Source of the DNA: Vulcanimicrobiota bacterium
Lineage (GTDB): Bacteria; Vulcanimicrobiota; Xenobia; Xenobiales; JADMJV01
Reading direction: 5' to 3'
DNA: 64,000 bases
Assembly: GCA_050250895.1 (NCBI GenBank)
Contig: JBFWNU010000003.1
Span: 170,986-234,985 of the forward strand
Part shown: positions 47,635-57,099 of the stretch, piece after piece
Numbering within the stretch: position 1 is the first letter of the stretch
Layout of the letters: every line of letters begins with the position of its first letter
Made by a program: the position numbers and the translations under genes
The notes under the pieces: generated by a model
What the model was told of the DNA's origin: nothing
Seen by the model: the letters and a program-made list of their open reading frames with translations, nothing else
Database searches by the model: none

Positions 47635-48419
47635 ACGCCTACTTCCGGCGCATCAACTACGCCGGTCCCCGGCAGACGACGGTCGAAACTCTCGAGGCCG
47701 TTCACCTGGCACACGCCTCGACCATCCCCTTCGAGAATCTCGAAGTGCTGATGGATCGCACCCCGAACCTCGAACTCGATGGCATCGTGGCCAAGTTGGT
47801 CGAGGCTCGCCGGGGCGGCTACTGCTTCGAGCATAATACTCTGCTGGCCGCGGTCTTGCGTCAGCTCGGTTTCAAGGTGACCGAGTTGGGAGCGCGGGTG
47901 AGGTTGAGTGGCCGGCTACTGCCCCGCACGCACATGTGTCTTCTGGTTGAAGCCGAAGGACGCAGCTTTCTGGCCGATGTCGGTTTCGGAGCCGAACTGC
48001 TGTCGCCGGTGGCCTTGCGGGTGGGTTGCGAATCGACTCAGTTCGGACGCCGCTATCGGCTGATTCGCGAGGGCCAGCTGTGGGTTTTGCAGCGGCTCGA
48101 GCCCGAACCGGGTGACCTTTATGCTTTCACCCTCGAGCCGCAGCACCCGGTCGACTTCGTCATGGCCAACCACTTTACGGCCACCCATCCCAGCTCCATT
48201 TTTCGCCACGTGTTGACGGTCCAACGGCCTCATCCCGAGGTGCGTTACAACCTGCATAATGACGTCTTCCGCGTGCATCAAGACGGTCAAACCGAGACCC
48301 GCCCGGTGCGCGACGCAGCCGAGTTCGGTCGCCTGCTCGAGGACTTCTTTGGGATTCGTCCCGAAGCTGCCATGATCTCTGTCTACGAGCGATTTAGAAC
48401 GACGAGTCAGGACCCTTGA
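47628..48419 (+). CDS. arylamine N-acetyltransferase (NAT family)
   Basis: MLDAYFRRINY...RRGGYCFEHNTLL carries the catalytic cysteine motif; ...HMCLLV...FLADVGFG also matches. Confidence 0.85.
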   Translation: MLDAYFRRINYAGPRQTTVETLEAVHLAHASTIPFENLEVLMDRTPNLELDGIVAKLVEARRGGYCFEHNTLLAAVLRQLGFKVTELGARVRLSGRLLPRTHMCLLVEAEGRSFLADVGFGAELLSPVALRVGCESTQFGRRYRLIREGQLWVLQRLEPEPGDLYAFTLEPQHPVDFVMANHFTATHPSSIFRHVLTVQRPHPEVRYNLHNDVFRVHQDGQTETRPVRDAAEFGRLLEDFFGIRPEAAMISVYERFRTTSQDP

Positions 48420-48963
48420 GAAACTCTTGCTCTTCGTCGCTTGAGGTGCGCCCGAGGATGTCGTTGCGGTGGGGATAGCGACCGAAACGCTTGATGATGG
48501 CGTAGTGTTTCCAGGCGAATTCCAGGTAGTTTCGCAAAGGTCCGCGCTGGTCTGGCGGGGCGGTAAGCACCAGGCCGGCATAGTGCGAGAGGCTCAGGTC
48601 CTGCATTTCGAGCGACTCGCTGTGCTCGAGGGGTAGATAGAAGAAGGCTCGCTGGTGGGGACCCAACTCGTGATCTGCCTTTTGCTGCAGTCCCCCGAGC
48701 ACCAGGGCCAGGGCCTTTTCGTCGTAGGCGAAGGCGCGAGCCTGGCCGCGATAGAGGTTGCGCGGAAACTGGTCAAGCGTCAGCACCAGGGCCAGACGAC
48801 CCTGGGGAGTCACGGCCCAGCCGTCGTGAGCACCCTCGTGGACTTGCTCGAGCAGGGCGGCAAAGCGCGACCGGATCAGTTCGTCGACCTCGTCCCCTCC
48901 GCGAAACCATTGCGATGGCTCGAGCTCTTCGAACCAGAATTTAATCACATCTTGCGGTTGCAT
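48394..48963 (-). CDS. DUF924 family protein
   Basis: VIKFWFEELEPSQWFRGGDEVDELIRSRF...LDQFPRNLYRG is the DUF924 signature. Confidence 0.85.
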   Translation of the reverse strand: MQPQDVIKFWFEELEPSQWFRGGDEVDELIRSRFAALLEQVHEGAHDGWAVTPQGRLALVLTLDQFPRNLYRGQARAFAYDEKALALVLGGLQQKADHELGPHQRAFFYLPLEHSESLEMQDLSLSHYAGLVLTAPPDQRGPLRNYLEFAWKHYAIIKRFGRYPHRNDILGRTSSDEEQEFLKGPDSSF

Positions 48964-49080
48964 CCTGCCTCGTTCGACATCCTGGGCGGGCTACCTCGGC
49001 GGCCTGTTCATACCAGGGCAACATGCGAGCGAACCGGTGGTGCTTAGATAGCGGCGCGCGCGGAGTGGAAGGAACATCCT

Positions 49081-49953
49081 GTGATCCAACCCCTCATCGG
49101 GGCCATTCCTCTCAAGGCGGCCCGCCCCCGGCCCGAGGCCGCCGCGGCGGCTCTCGATAGTTTCAGCCCCAGCTCGACCCCGTGGGCCCCGCTCAAGCCT
49201 CGCTTCGCCTCGTTCTCGCAGCTGCCACCGTTTAATCAGCGCCGGAACGCGACCTGGAGTTCGGTGATGACCGACATCGCCCAGCACGAGGCTCCCGACG
49301 ACAATAATCCTTACGACGACCTGATCACCAAAGGGCACGAGACCACCCACGGTATCAACTCCTGGCTGCGCAACAACGTCGACCCGCCCGGACCGGTCAG
49401 CTGGCGACCCAAAGCTGGTTTCTACTTGCTCGAGAATCGCTCGGCCGTACTTTATGAGCCCGACTTCAAGAAGCACCAGGTCATCCCTTACGTGCCCACC
49501 AGCCTGCGCGAATCGCGCTACGACCACTATGTGGCCGGGCAGCCTGCCTGGGACGACCATCCTCTCTACATCTGGGACGAGTGGACCGCCTACATTAACG
49601 GCACTACCGTCGGCCTCGACCAGCTCGACGAGAACAAGTGGACCCAGGGCCGCCGCATCGCCTCGCTGGGCCCCCTCGAGTTCACCGTTTACTCGCTGGC
49701 GGTGGCCCAGGCCACGGCTGAACTCGACCCCAGCAGCTGGGCCAACGACCCTCAACTCAAGTCCTTGCTGGCCTTCAATTGCGAGCGGTCCATGCAGGTC
49801 GCGCAGGCAGCCCAGGCTACACCTGAATTGAGCCATCCGCGCTTTGACGGTTACCTCGAGAAGTTCCGCACCTCGCCCGACGCTTCGGGCTTACGGCGCT
49901 TTGCGCGGGCCGAACTCGGCGAGGAGTGGTGTCGCCAGGTATTCGGGTTCTAG
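49081..49953 (+). CDS. hypothetical protein with HExxH motif (GHETTHG)
   Basis: 290-aa ORF; the only motif is HETTH. The start is uncertain; an internal Met (MTDIAQHEA) is possible. Confidence 0.45.
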   Translation: MIQPLIGAIPLKAARPRPEAAAAALDSFSPSSTPWAPLKPRFASFSQLPPFNQRRNATWSSVMTDIAQHEAPDDNNPYDDLITKGHETTHGINSWLRNNVDPPGPVSWRPKAGFYLLENRSAVLYEPDFKKHQVIPYVPTSLRESRYDHYVAGQPAWDDHPLYIWDEWTAYINGTTVGLDQLDENKWTQGRRIASLGPLEFTVYSLAVAQATAELDPSSWANDPQLKSLLAFNCERSMQVAQAAQATPELSHPRFDGYLEKFRTSPDASGLRRFARAELGEEWCRQVFGF

Positions 49954-50011
49954 TTCATCCGCCCAAGCAGGTCATGCAGCACCAGTACTCGTTGGCGAAG
50001 ACACATCTGGG

Positions 50012-51175
50012 TTAGACCCAGCTGTAGGCGTATTCCTCCACCTCGAAGTCGACCGCGTTCTTGGCCACCTTCAGGGGGCGGAACGTGTCGACCATGACGG
50101 CCAGCTCTTCGGTGTCTTCCTTGCCGATGGAGGCCTCGGTGGCGCCCGGTTGGGGGCCGTGAGGCAAGCCGGAGGGGTGCAGGGTCCAGTCGTACTTGTC
50201 CACTCCGCGCCGGCTCATGAAGTCGCCGTCGACATAGTAGAGCACCTCGTCGGAGTTGACGTTGCTATGGGCGTAGGGGGCCGGAATGGCCAGAGGGTGG
50301 TAATCGAACTTGCGCGGGCAGAACGAGCAGACCACGAAGTTGTGCGCCTGGAAGGTCTGGTGCACCGGCGGGGGCTGGTGGACGCGTCCGGTAATGGGCT
50401 CGAATTCGTGGATGTTGAACGTCCAGGGGTAGAGATAGCCGTCCCAGCCGACCACGTCGAGGGGATGGTGGGCCATGATGTGGCGGTGCAGCTCGTCGCG
50501 GGCCTTGACTCGCACCTCGAACTCGCCCTGCTCGTCGAAGGTCTCGAGTTCGGTGGGAGTCTTGAGGTCGCGCTCGCAGAAAGGAGCGTGCTCGAGCAGC
50601 TGGCCGTGCTGATTACGATAGCGACGGGGCGGCTCGAATTGGCTGGGAGCTTCGATCACGAAGAAGCGGCCTTCGCCTCCGTCGAGCTTCATCTGCCAGG
50701 TGACCCCGAAGGGAATGACCACATAGTCGCCGGGCCGGAAAGGCAGCTTGCCGAACTGGGTGCGTAGATGGCCGGTGCCCTCGTGGCAATACCAGACCTC
50801 ATAGGCCTGGCCGTTGCGATAGAAATACTCCATGTCAGAGCTGGGCCGCGAGATGGCCAGGGTCACATCATCGTTGCCCAGCAAGACACGCTTGCTTTCG
50901 AGGGCGTCACCCCCTTTGGGAAACTCGCGGGTGCGGAATTGGCGAGCCCGCAGGGGCCCGTAGTCGAGAAACTCTTCGCGGGCGCTGCCCAGGCTTTCGA
51001 CCTTGCGCACGGCGGTCGGGTGATGGTGGTGGTAGAGGATCGATTGGATCCCTGAGAACCCTTCCATCCCCATGACCTCTTCGCGGAAGAGTTCACCGTT
51101 GGGGCGACGGAACTGGATGTGGCGTTTTGACGGAATTTCTCCGAGTCGGGCATAGAACGGCATGGCACAGGGCAT
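50012..51175 (-). CDS. hmgA: homogentisate 1,2-dioxygenase
   Basis: Cupin-type HGD. ...YHPLAIPAPYAHSNVNSDEVLYYVDGDFMSRRG...WTLHPSGLPHGPQ parallels the human HGD RPPYYHRNCMSEFMGLIRG...LHSTMTPHGPD region. The MPFYARLGEIPSKRH-type N-terminus is recalled from memory as typical of a bacterial HGD subclass. Confidence 0.85.
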   Translation of the reverse strand: MPCAMPFYARLGEIPSKRHIQFRRPNGELFREEVMGMEGFSGIQSILYHHHHPTAVRKVESLGSAREEFLDYGPLRARQFRTREFPKGGDALESKRVLLGNDDVTLAISRPSSDMEYFYRNGQAYEVWYCHEGTGHLRTQFGKLPFRPGDYVVIPFGVTWQMKLDGGEGRFFVIEAPSQFEPPRRYRNQHGQLLEHAPFCERDLKTPTELETFDEQGEFEVRVKARDELHRHIMAHHPLDVVGWDGYLYPWTFNIHEFEPITGRVHQPPPVHQTFQAHNFVVCSFCPRKFDYHPLAIPAPYAHSNVNSDEVLYYVDGDFMSRRGVDKYDWTLHPSGLPHGPQPGATEASIGKEDTEELAVMVDTFRPLKVAKNAVDFEVEEYAYSWV

Positions 51176-51306
51176 TTTCGCGGGCCATCCAGTTGCTCCT
51201 ACCTGGACGGATGTTCACATTCGCGTAATTACGTTCCTCTAAATTTTGGCGCATAGTGGTGGAGAACATATTGCGACCTCGAGATCGCACCGGAGGGATT
51301 AAGAAA

Positions 51307-53172
51307 ATGTTGACTAGCGTCACCGCCAACAATTACCGATACACTCAACACCGCGCCGCTTCCAAACCGGCCGCCAACAAGCCTCAGCAAACGCCGGCTG
51401 AGCTTGCCGAGCAACTGCGTCAGACCGGCGAAGCCGAGAAGGCCCGCGGCCAGCAGTTGAAAGAGGAGGGAGCTGCTCAGAAAGAGCAGGGCTTCCAACA
51501 GATTGGCGAGGGCGCTCAGAAAGTTGCCACCGGCCAACAGAACGTCGAAACCGGCAACCAGACCATCGCCTCCGGACAGGCCAAGCAGACCGAAGGCCGC
51601 GCGGCCGTCGAAGCTGGCACCGCCCAGGAAAACGCCGGCACCGCCCAGGAGAACGCCAGTCTGGCTGCCTACCAAGCCCAGCTCGAGGCCGCCCGCGCCG
51701 GTCAAGGCAAAGTCGGTGAAGGTCTCGGCACCATCGCCCAGGGTCTCGAAGCCGAGCAGGCTGGCACCCAGGTCGAGCGCGAAGGCACCGAAGCCTTCCA
51801 GGCTGGTCTCGAAGTTTCGGCCACCGCCCGCGAGGCCATCGGCCAGGGCCGCGACCAGCTGGCCGCCGGGATGGCCGCCGAGGCTGAATCCGCCGCCGCC
51901 ACCAACGCTGGCATCGCCGAGTTCCGCGGTGGTATGGAAGACACCCAGGCCGGCCGCGACCGTCTGCGCCACGGCCAGGATCACATTCGCACCGCTGGCA
52001 CTCTGACCGAGCAGGCTGGCGAAGCCCAGAGCCGCTCCGAGGGTTATGCCGAGCGTGCCGCCCACCACGAAGGCGAAGCCGCCGCCAAGGCTGCTGAAGC
52101 CATTGTCGACCGCGCCGCCGCCACCGAGAATCAGGAGTCCGGCAACGTCCGTCAGGCCGAAAGTGCCGTCGAGCGGGCGCAGTCCGAGACCGACGCCGCC
52201 ATGGCCGCGCTGCTGGCCGCTAAAGCCGAGATCGACAACTCCACCGGCGCTGCTCTGCTCGACATCCCCAGTTTCCACGAAGAAGGTCGCCGCAACGTGG
52301 CCGAAGGCACCATCGCTCAGAACGACTCGGTAGCTAACCGCGAAAGTTCCACCGAGCACGCCACCATGAGTTCGAGCCTGGCCCAGGCTGCCCAGCGTCA
52401 CTTTGACCTGGCCACCACCGCCAACGATCGCGCCGCCCGTCTCGACAGCGAAGCCGCCAACCTCAACGAGATGGCTGCTGGTGATCGCGAGCGCTCCACC
52501 GAGTTTGCCGCTAACGCCGCCGAACTGCGCGAGCAGGCCGCCCACCACACCGAGCACGGCAACCACGCCATCGAAGAAGGCACCCAGATGCGCGACACCG
52601 GTCTGGGCCGTCTGGCCGCTGGCGAAGCCGCCGTCTCTGCCGGTCTTCTCGGCGAAGAAGCAGCCGCGGGCACCCAGGCCGAAGGCCTGGCCACCATCGC
52701 CGCTGGCAACGAAATTCAGGCCGGGTCCTTCCAGGCCCGTCAGGAAGCCCTGGCCCAGATGCAGAACGGCGCCAGCCAGATCGAAGCCGGCATCGAACTG
52801 CAGACCCAGGGTCTGGCCAAAGTCGGCGAAGGCGCTGGCGAAGTGGCCGCCACTGTCGGTCCTCGTCAAGAAGCCCTCGGCTCGATGAACGAAGGCGACG
52901 CCGCTGCCCGCGCCGGTTTCGACCAGCAGGCCGCCGGCCTCGAGAACATCAACACCGGCAACCTGGAAGAGATCTCCGGTCGGGTTCAGGTTCGCGAAGG
53001 CAACGCCTCGATTCAGTCCGGTCTCACCGAAGTCGAGCAGGGCGTCAACAACGCCCGCTCCGGCGACGAGAAAGAGAACGCCGGTCAGGTCATCGAGAAC
53101 AAAGGCGACCGCTACCAGGAGCTGGCCGAGCAGGCCGCTCAGATCCCCTTCCACGTGGCCGGCCAGAAGTAA
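51307..53172 (+). CDS. low-complexity Ala/Glu/Gln/Gly-rich alpha-helical repeat protein (621 aa)
   Basis: GGAGGG RBS. Degenerate 11-mer-like repeats (AQENAGTAQENAS, EAGTQVEREGTEAFQAGLE ...) and no TM or signal. A canonical terminator follows. Confidence 0.6.
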   Translation: MLTSVTANNYRYTQHRAASKPAANKPQQTPAELAEQLRQTGEAEKARGQQLKEEGAAQKEQGFQQIGEGAQKVATGQQNVETGNQTIASGQAKQTEGRAAVEAGTAQENAGTAQENASLAAYQAQLEAARAGQGKVGEGLGTIAQGLEAEQAGTQVEREGTEAFQAGLEVSATAREAIGQGRDQLAAGMAAEAESAAATNAGIAEFRGGMEDTQAGRDRLRHGQDHIRTAGTLTEQAGEAQSRSEGYAERAAHHEGEAAAKAAEAIVDRAAATENQESGNVRQAESAVERAQSETDAAMAALLAAKAEIDNSTGAALLDIPSFHEEGRRNVAEGTIAQNDSVANRESSTEHATMSSSLAQAAQRHFDLATTANDRAARLDSEAANLNEMAAGDRERSTEFAANAAELREQAAHHTEHGNHAIEEGTQMRDTGLGRLAAGEAAVSAGLLGEEAAAGTQAEGLATIAAGNEIQAGSFQARQEALAQMQNGASQIEAGIELQTQGLAKVGEGAGEVAATVGPRQEALGSMNEGDAAARAGFDQQAAGLENINTGNLEEISGRVQVREGNASIQSGLTEVEQGVNNARSGDEKENAGQVIENKGDRYQELAEQAAQIPFHVAGQK

Positions 53173-53191
53173 CTCCGAGCCCGCAATCGAA

Positions 53192-53224
53192 GAAGCCGCC
53201 GAGTCACTCGGCGGCTTTTTTCAT
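53192..53224 (+). terminator. rho-independent terminator (AAGCCGCCGAGT-cac-ACTCGGCGGCTT + TTTTT)
   Basis: Perfect 12-bp stem followed by a T-run, 20 nt after the stop codon. Confidence 0.7.
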
Positions 53225-53295
53225 TCCCTGGCGATGACGTGCGTCAATGCCCGGGTGCTCTCTCGCGGCTAGGATCGACTCAGGAGGCGACCAAC

Positions 53296-53553
53296 ATGGC
53301 GACCAAACAGATGAAGTTTGAACTCGATCAATGGCTGGACCAGGCCTTTCGCGGGCAGGTGCCCGATCATCTGGCCCTGCTGGCCCACCGTCGGCAGACC
53401 GACGCCACCGTCTTTCGGGAACTCGTGACTCAGGTGCCCGAGGACCATCGTGACGTGCTCGAGCATGTCTTCGAGCTGCAGCGAGCTGATACCGAAATGG
53501 TGTTGACGGTGGTGGAGGAACTCTTCCGTCGGCATCTCGAGCACCACCCCTAG
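53296..53553 (+). CDS. small hypothetical protein (85 aa)
   Basis: AGGAGG RBS 6 nt before the ATG (MATKQMKFELDQW...). Convergent with, and abutting, the CHAT gene stop. Confidence 0.5.
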   Translation: MATKQMKFELDQWLDQAFRGQVPDHLALLAHRRQTDATVFRELVTQVPEDHRDVLEHVFELQRADTEMVLTVVEELFRRHLEHHP

Positions 53554-56469
53554 CTAGCGGCCCCTGGTGACGACGAAGGGGCCGGCCAGGGCGGCCGCGA
53601 TCGAGGGTCCGTGCTCTTGGCGCAATCTGGTGAGCCACTGGCGTTGGACTTGATTGAGCGCCTCGGTCGGGTCTTTGTCGTTCATGCCGCGATAGAAATC
53701 GAGCATGAAATCGGCCGTCTCCTGGTCGGCCACCGGCCACAGGGTGAAAACCAGATTATCGCAGCCCGACTGCAGAAAGCCCCGGCGAAGGCCCAGTACT
53801 CCTTCGCCCTTGCGGGCTTCGCCCAGGCCGGTATCGCAGGCCGAGAGCACCACCACCCTGGTGCCCTCGAGATCGAGAGCCGAGACCTCCTGGGCTGTTA
53901 GCACGCCGTCTGTCTCGGGGGCCGGAAAGACCCCGTTCTGCCAGTCGTCGAGGGTCGATTCGGCCCCGGCCAGGGCCAGGCCGCTGCGGGTCATGGGGTT
54001 CTCGCCATAGCGACTGGATAAGAAGAATCCGTGGGTAGCCAGATGGAGAATTCCAGGAGAGTGAAGGCCGGCCACGGTCTTCTCTTGAGCCTTTTCGTCT
54101 AGCACCAGGCGAGCCTGGGGGAGCACTTTCTGCAGGGCCTGGCACTCGGCTCCACTGCCGGGTAGGGGCGCCAGCGAGATAGCGTGGCTGCCAGTCGAAC
54201 GGGTCGCTCCAGGCCGGCGATAATCGGGGGCTCCAAGCAAGAACGGCGTTTCGCCGGGCCGGGTCTCGGCGCTCTCGACCAGGTCGCGGCCGCTGGAGAG
54301 GTAGGTCAGGTCGTATCGCTCCGAGAGAAACTGCGCGTCGGGGCTGACCAGGGTGGCGAACGAGACGAAGTTGAGTTCGCCGTCAGGGCTGAGGTAGAGG
54401 TGCTTGACCTCGGTCGGCAAGACTTCTTGCACCGGAGCCCAGACGGTGTCGTAGGCCGTACGCAGTTCACCCGCTTCCGGGGCTTGAGCCAGACTGGGCC
54501 GGGTGGCCCGGCTCGAGCGACCGCCCATGCGCATTCGCTGACGGTAGCCGCGAATCACGCTCTCCACCTCGCGCGCCTCGCCCAGTTCGACCCAGCGGGT
54601 CGACTCGCGCGTCACTACCAGCGCGCCGTAGCGCTTCTCGCTGCGATTGTTGCCGAAGTAGTAACCGTGATAAAGAAACTCCACTAGAGCTGTGTCGGGC
54701 GGCAGAGCCTGGCGCACCTGGTCGGGAGTCACGGTGAAGGCCGCCCGGCTTCGGGGCGCCCCCACCAGCCGGGCCAGTTGCGCTTGGGCCTGGTCGAACT
54801 GCTCTTGCAGTTGCTGCCTTTCCTCGTCGCTTCGCTTGCCCAGCATTTCTTGCTTGAGCCGCTTGAGCATGGTCAGCAGGGCCTGGGCCTCGGGAGCGCT
54901 TGCGGCCTGGGCCAGCCGATAGTCCTCGGCAATCGAGTCGAGCACGACCCCTTTGAAACGCAGGGCCGTCTGTAGCAACTCCTCCGGCTGCTCGAGCGAA
55001 GCCAAGAGACCGTAGGGCACCAGCTTCTCGCGAAAGGCCAGGCGTTGGCGCTCTGAGGTAAAGCTAAACACCTCTTGGAGACGCTCGAAGAGTGCCCTGT
55101 CGGCTTTCAAGGCATACTCCTTCGCATTTTCGCGATCACCCTGGTCAATGGCCAGATAAGCCAGGTTATTGTAGGTGATAGAGCGCGTCTCGCTGTCGCC
55201 TTCGGCCAGCGCCTGCTCGAAGTGGCGCTGAGCTTTGTCATACTCGCCGATCTGCTGGTAGGCCGAAGCCAGGTTGCCCTCGGCCGTGGCCCGCGCCTTC
55301 TCGGCTTTGAACAGAGGTAGGGCCTCCTCTAGCCAGGCGACAGCCTCCTTTCCCTTGTTGTTCTCGAGCAGTTCGACCGACAGGTTGCTCAGGGCCTCGG
55401 CCGTTTCAACCGGGTCCAGCCCGGCCGTCGCGCGGGTGCGCTTGAGGGCCTCCCGCAGCAGCTTCTCGGCCTCGTCATGCCGGCCCAGGCTGCTGTAGGC
55501 CTGGGCCAGATTGGTGAGGCTGGTGCAGGTCAGAGGATGGTTGGGGCCCAGCGTCTTTTCGTGAATAGCGTTGGCCTGGCGAAAATAGGTCACCGCCTGC
55601 TCGGCGTCGCCGATCTGGCGATAGAGCAATCCCATGTCGTTGAGGGGATTGGCCAGGTCTGGGTGATCGGGAGCCGCTTCGCGGAACAGGTCCAGCGCTT
55701 TGCGGTAGATGGCCTCGGCTCTGGCGAATTCCATGCGGTTGAGGTACAACCCGGCCTGCATTCGCATGGCCCGCGACAAGAGCCTGAGATCCGGCTCGGG
55801 ATCGGTCTCGTAAAAGCGCACCGCCTCGCCAAAGAGTTCCTCGGCCCGGTCGGTCTCGCCCACCGCCTCTAGAAGCTGGGCCAACGATTGCTGGGCCCGC
55901 ACCCGGGCGTTGGAGCCAAAGCCTAGCTTGTGGATGGCTTCTTCTAGCATGGGTCGGGCCTCGGCGTGGCGCCCCTGTCGAGTCAAAACATTGGCCAGAC
56001 CCACCATGATGTCGATGGTCTCGGGCTGGTAATGATCCGGGTCAAGACCCTCATAGACCTCGAAGGCCTTGCGAAAAGCTTGTTCGGCTTCGGGATAGAG
56101 GGCTCGGTGATTGAGACACAGGGCCAGGTTCTTGCGCACGTTGGCGGTATACTGGTGGTCCGGACCCAGGCGCGGCGCCTCGATATAGATCTTGAGGGCC
56201 TTGCGAAAGCCCAGTTCGGCTCGAAAGTCGTCGCCCAGGTCCATCTGCAGCAGAGCCTGGTTGTTGGTGGTCACGCCCACGGCCATGATGTCTCCGCTGG
56301 CTTCGGCCGCTTTGACCGCCTGGTCGGCGACCGCGAGGGCCTCTCGATAAAGCCCATCCTGGCGCAAGGTGGCCACCTGTTTGGACAACTCGCGCCAATC
56401 GGTCTGGGCCCAGACAGGCAGGGTTAGCAGGCAGAACAGAAGCAGTCTTTTCACCCATCGCCATTCCAC
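53554..56469 (-). CDS. secreted TPR-repeat / CHAT-domain (caspase-like peptidase) protein
   Basis: Signal peptide MEWRWVKRLLLFCLLTLPVWAQ. At least ten TPR units (A..Y.KAL.I...). C-terminal CHAT region with ILHLATHGFF and LSACDTGLGE (His/Cys dyad context). Confidence 0.85.
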   Translation of the reverse strand: MEWRWVKRLLLFCLLTLPVWAQTDWRELSKQVATLRQDGLYREALAVADQAVKAAEASGDIMAVGVTTNNQALLQMDLGDDFRAELGFRKALKIYIEAPRLGPDHQYTANVRKNLALCLNHRALYPEAEQAFRKAFEVYEGLDPDHYQPETIDIMVGLANVLTRQGRHAEARPMLEEAIHKLGFGSNARVRAQQSLAQLLEAVGETDRAEELFGEAVRFYETDPEPDLRLLSRAMRMQAGLYLNRMEFARAEAIYRKALDLFREAAPDHPDLANPLNDMGLLYRQIGDAEQAVTYFRQANAIHEKTLGPNHPLTCTSLTNLAQAYSSLGRHDEAEKLLREALKRTRATAGLDPVETAEALSNLSVELLENNKGKEAVAWLEEALPLFKAEKARATAEGNLASAYQQIGEYDKAQRHFEQALAEGDSETRSITYNNLAYLAIDQGDRENAKEYALKADRALFERLQEVFSFTSERQRLAFREKLVPYGLLASLEQPEELLQTALRFKGVVLDSIAEDYRLAQAASAPEAQALLTMLKRLKQEMLGKRSDEERQQLQEQFDQAQAQLARLVGAPRSRAAFTVTPDQVRQALPPDTALVEFLYHGYYFGNNRSEKRYGALVVTRESTRWVELGEAREVESVIRGYRQRMRMGGRSSRATRPSLAQAPEAGELRTAYDTVWAPVQEVLPTEVKHLYLSPDGELNFVSFATLVSPDAQFLSERYDLTYLSSGRDLVESAETRPGETPFLLGAPDYRRPGATRSTGSHAISLAPLPGSGAECQALQKVLPQARLVLDEKAQEKTVAGLHSPGILHLATHGFFLSSRYGENPMTRSGLALAGAESTLDDWQNGVFPAPETDGVLTAQEVSALDLEGTRVVVLSACDTGLGEARKGEGVLGLRRGFLQSGCDNLVFTLWPVADQETADFMLDFYRGMNDKDPTEALNQVQRQWLTRLRQEHGPSIAAALAGPFVVTRGR

Positions 56470-56588
56470 GTTGGGTCAGCCCGGGCCTCGGCCAGACGAC
56501 AACCGGTCGACGCAATGTTCTTGCCGGCGGGGTCGGTTCCCCGTCAACGCCAATACCAGGGTTTTGGGCCGGCTCGGTAAAACCTGAT

Positions 56589-57098
56589 GTGGTCGTGCGC
56601 GTAACCCTCGTCGAAATCATCTCGGCCCTGTCGTTGCTGGCGGTAGGGGCTGCCATGCTGGCCCCTCGCCCCGGTCCGGCCGATGCTCACCAGCGCGAAG
56701 CGGCCGAGTGTCGTCGCCACATCAGCCAGCTGGACTCGGCCCTGTCCCAGTATGCCAGCGACCACGACGGCGACTATCCGGGCAAGCTCGATGGGTTGAC
56801 CCCCGAGTATCTCAAGACTCTGCCCACCTGCCCCCAGACCCTCAAAGGCTATGACTACGAGGTGACCGCCTCGCCCGGGGCGGCCGGCCGGGTCATGCCC
56901 CACTACCACGAGCCTCCGACGGTCGATCTGTCCCCGGCCTTGAAGGCCTACGTCGACCGCGAAGGCCACTATCCCGCCAGCCTCGGTGAGATTCCCGACC
57001 TGCCCACTTGCCCGCTGGGCTCGCCCTTCTACTACGAGGTCTATAACGGCACCTACACCCTCAAATGCAAAGGCAAACACCCGGACCCGACCCTGTAG
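56589..57098 (+). CDS. prepilin-type N-terminal domain protein (pseudopilin-like)
   Basis: RVTLVEIISALSLLAVGAAML is a hydrophobic N-terminal helix of prepilin type, with a Cys-containing C-terminal domain. The repeat array starts 2 nt after its stop. Confidence 0.55.
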   Translation: MVVRVTLVEIISALSLLAVGAAMLAPRPGPADAHQREAAECRRHISQLDSALSQYASDHDGDYPGKLDGLTPEYLKTLPTCPQTLKGYDYEVTASPGAAGRVMPHYHEPPTVDLSPALKAYVDREGHYPASLGEIPDLPTCPLGSPFYYEVYNGTYTLKCKGKHPDPTL

Positions 57099-57099
57099 T

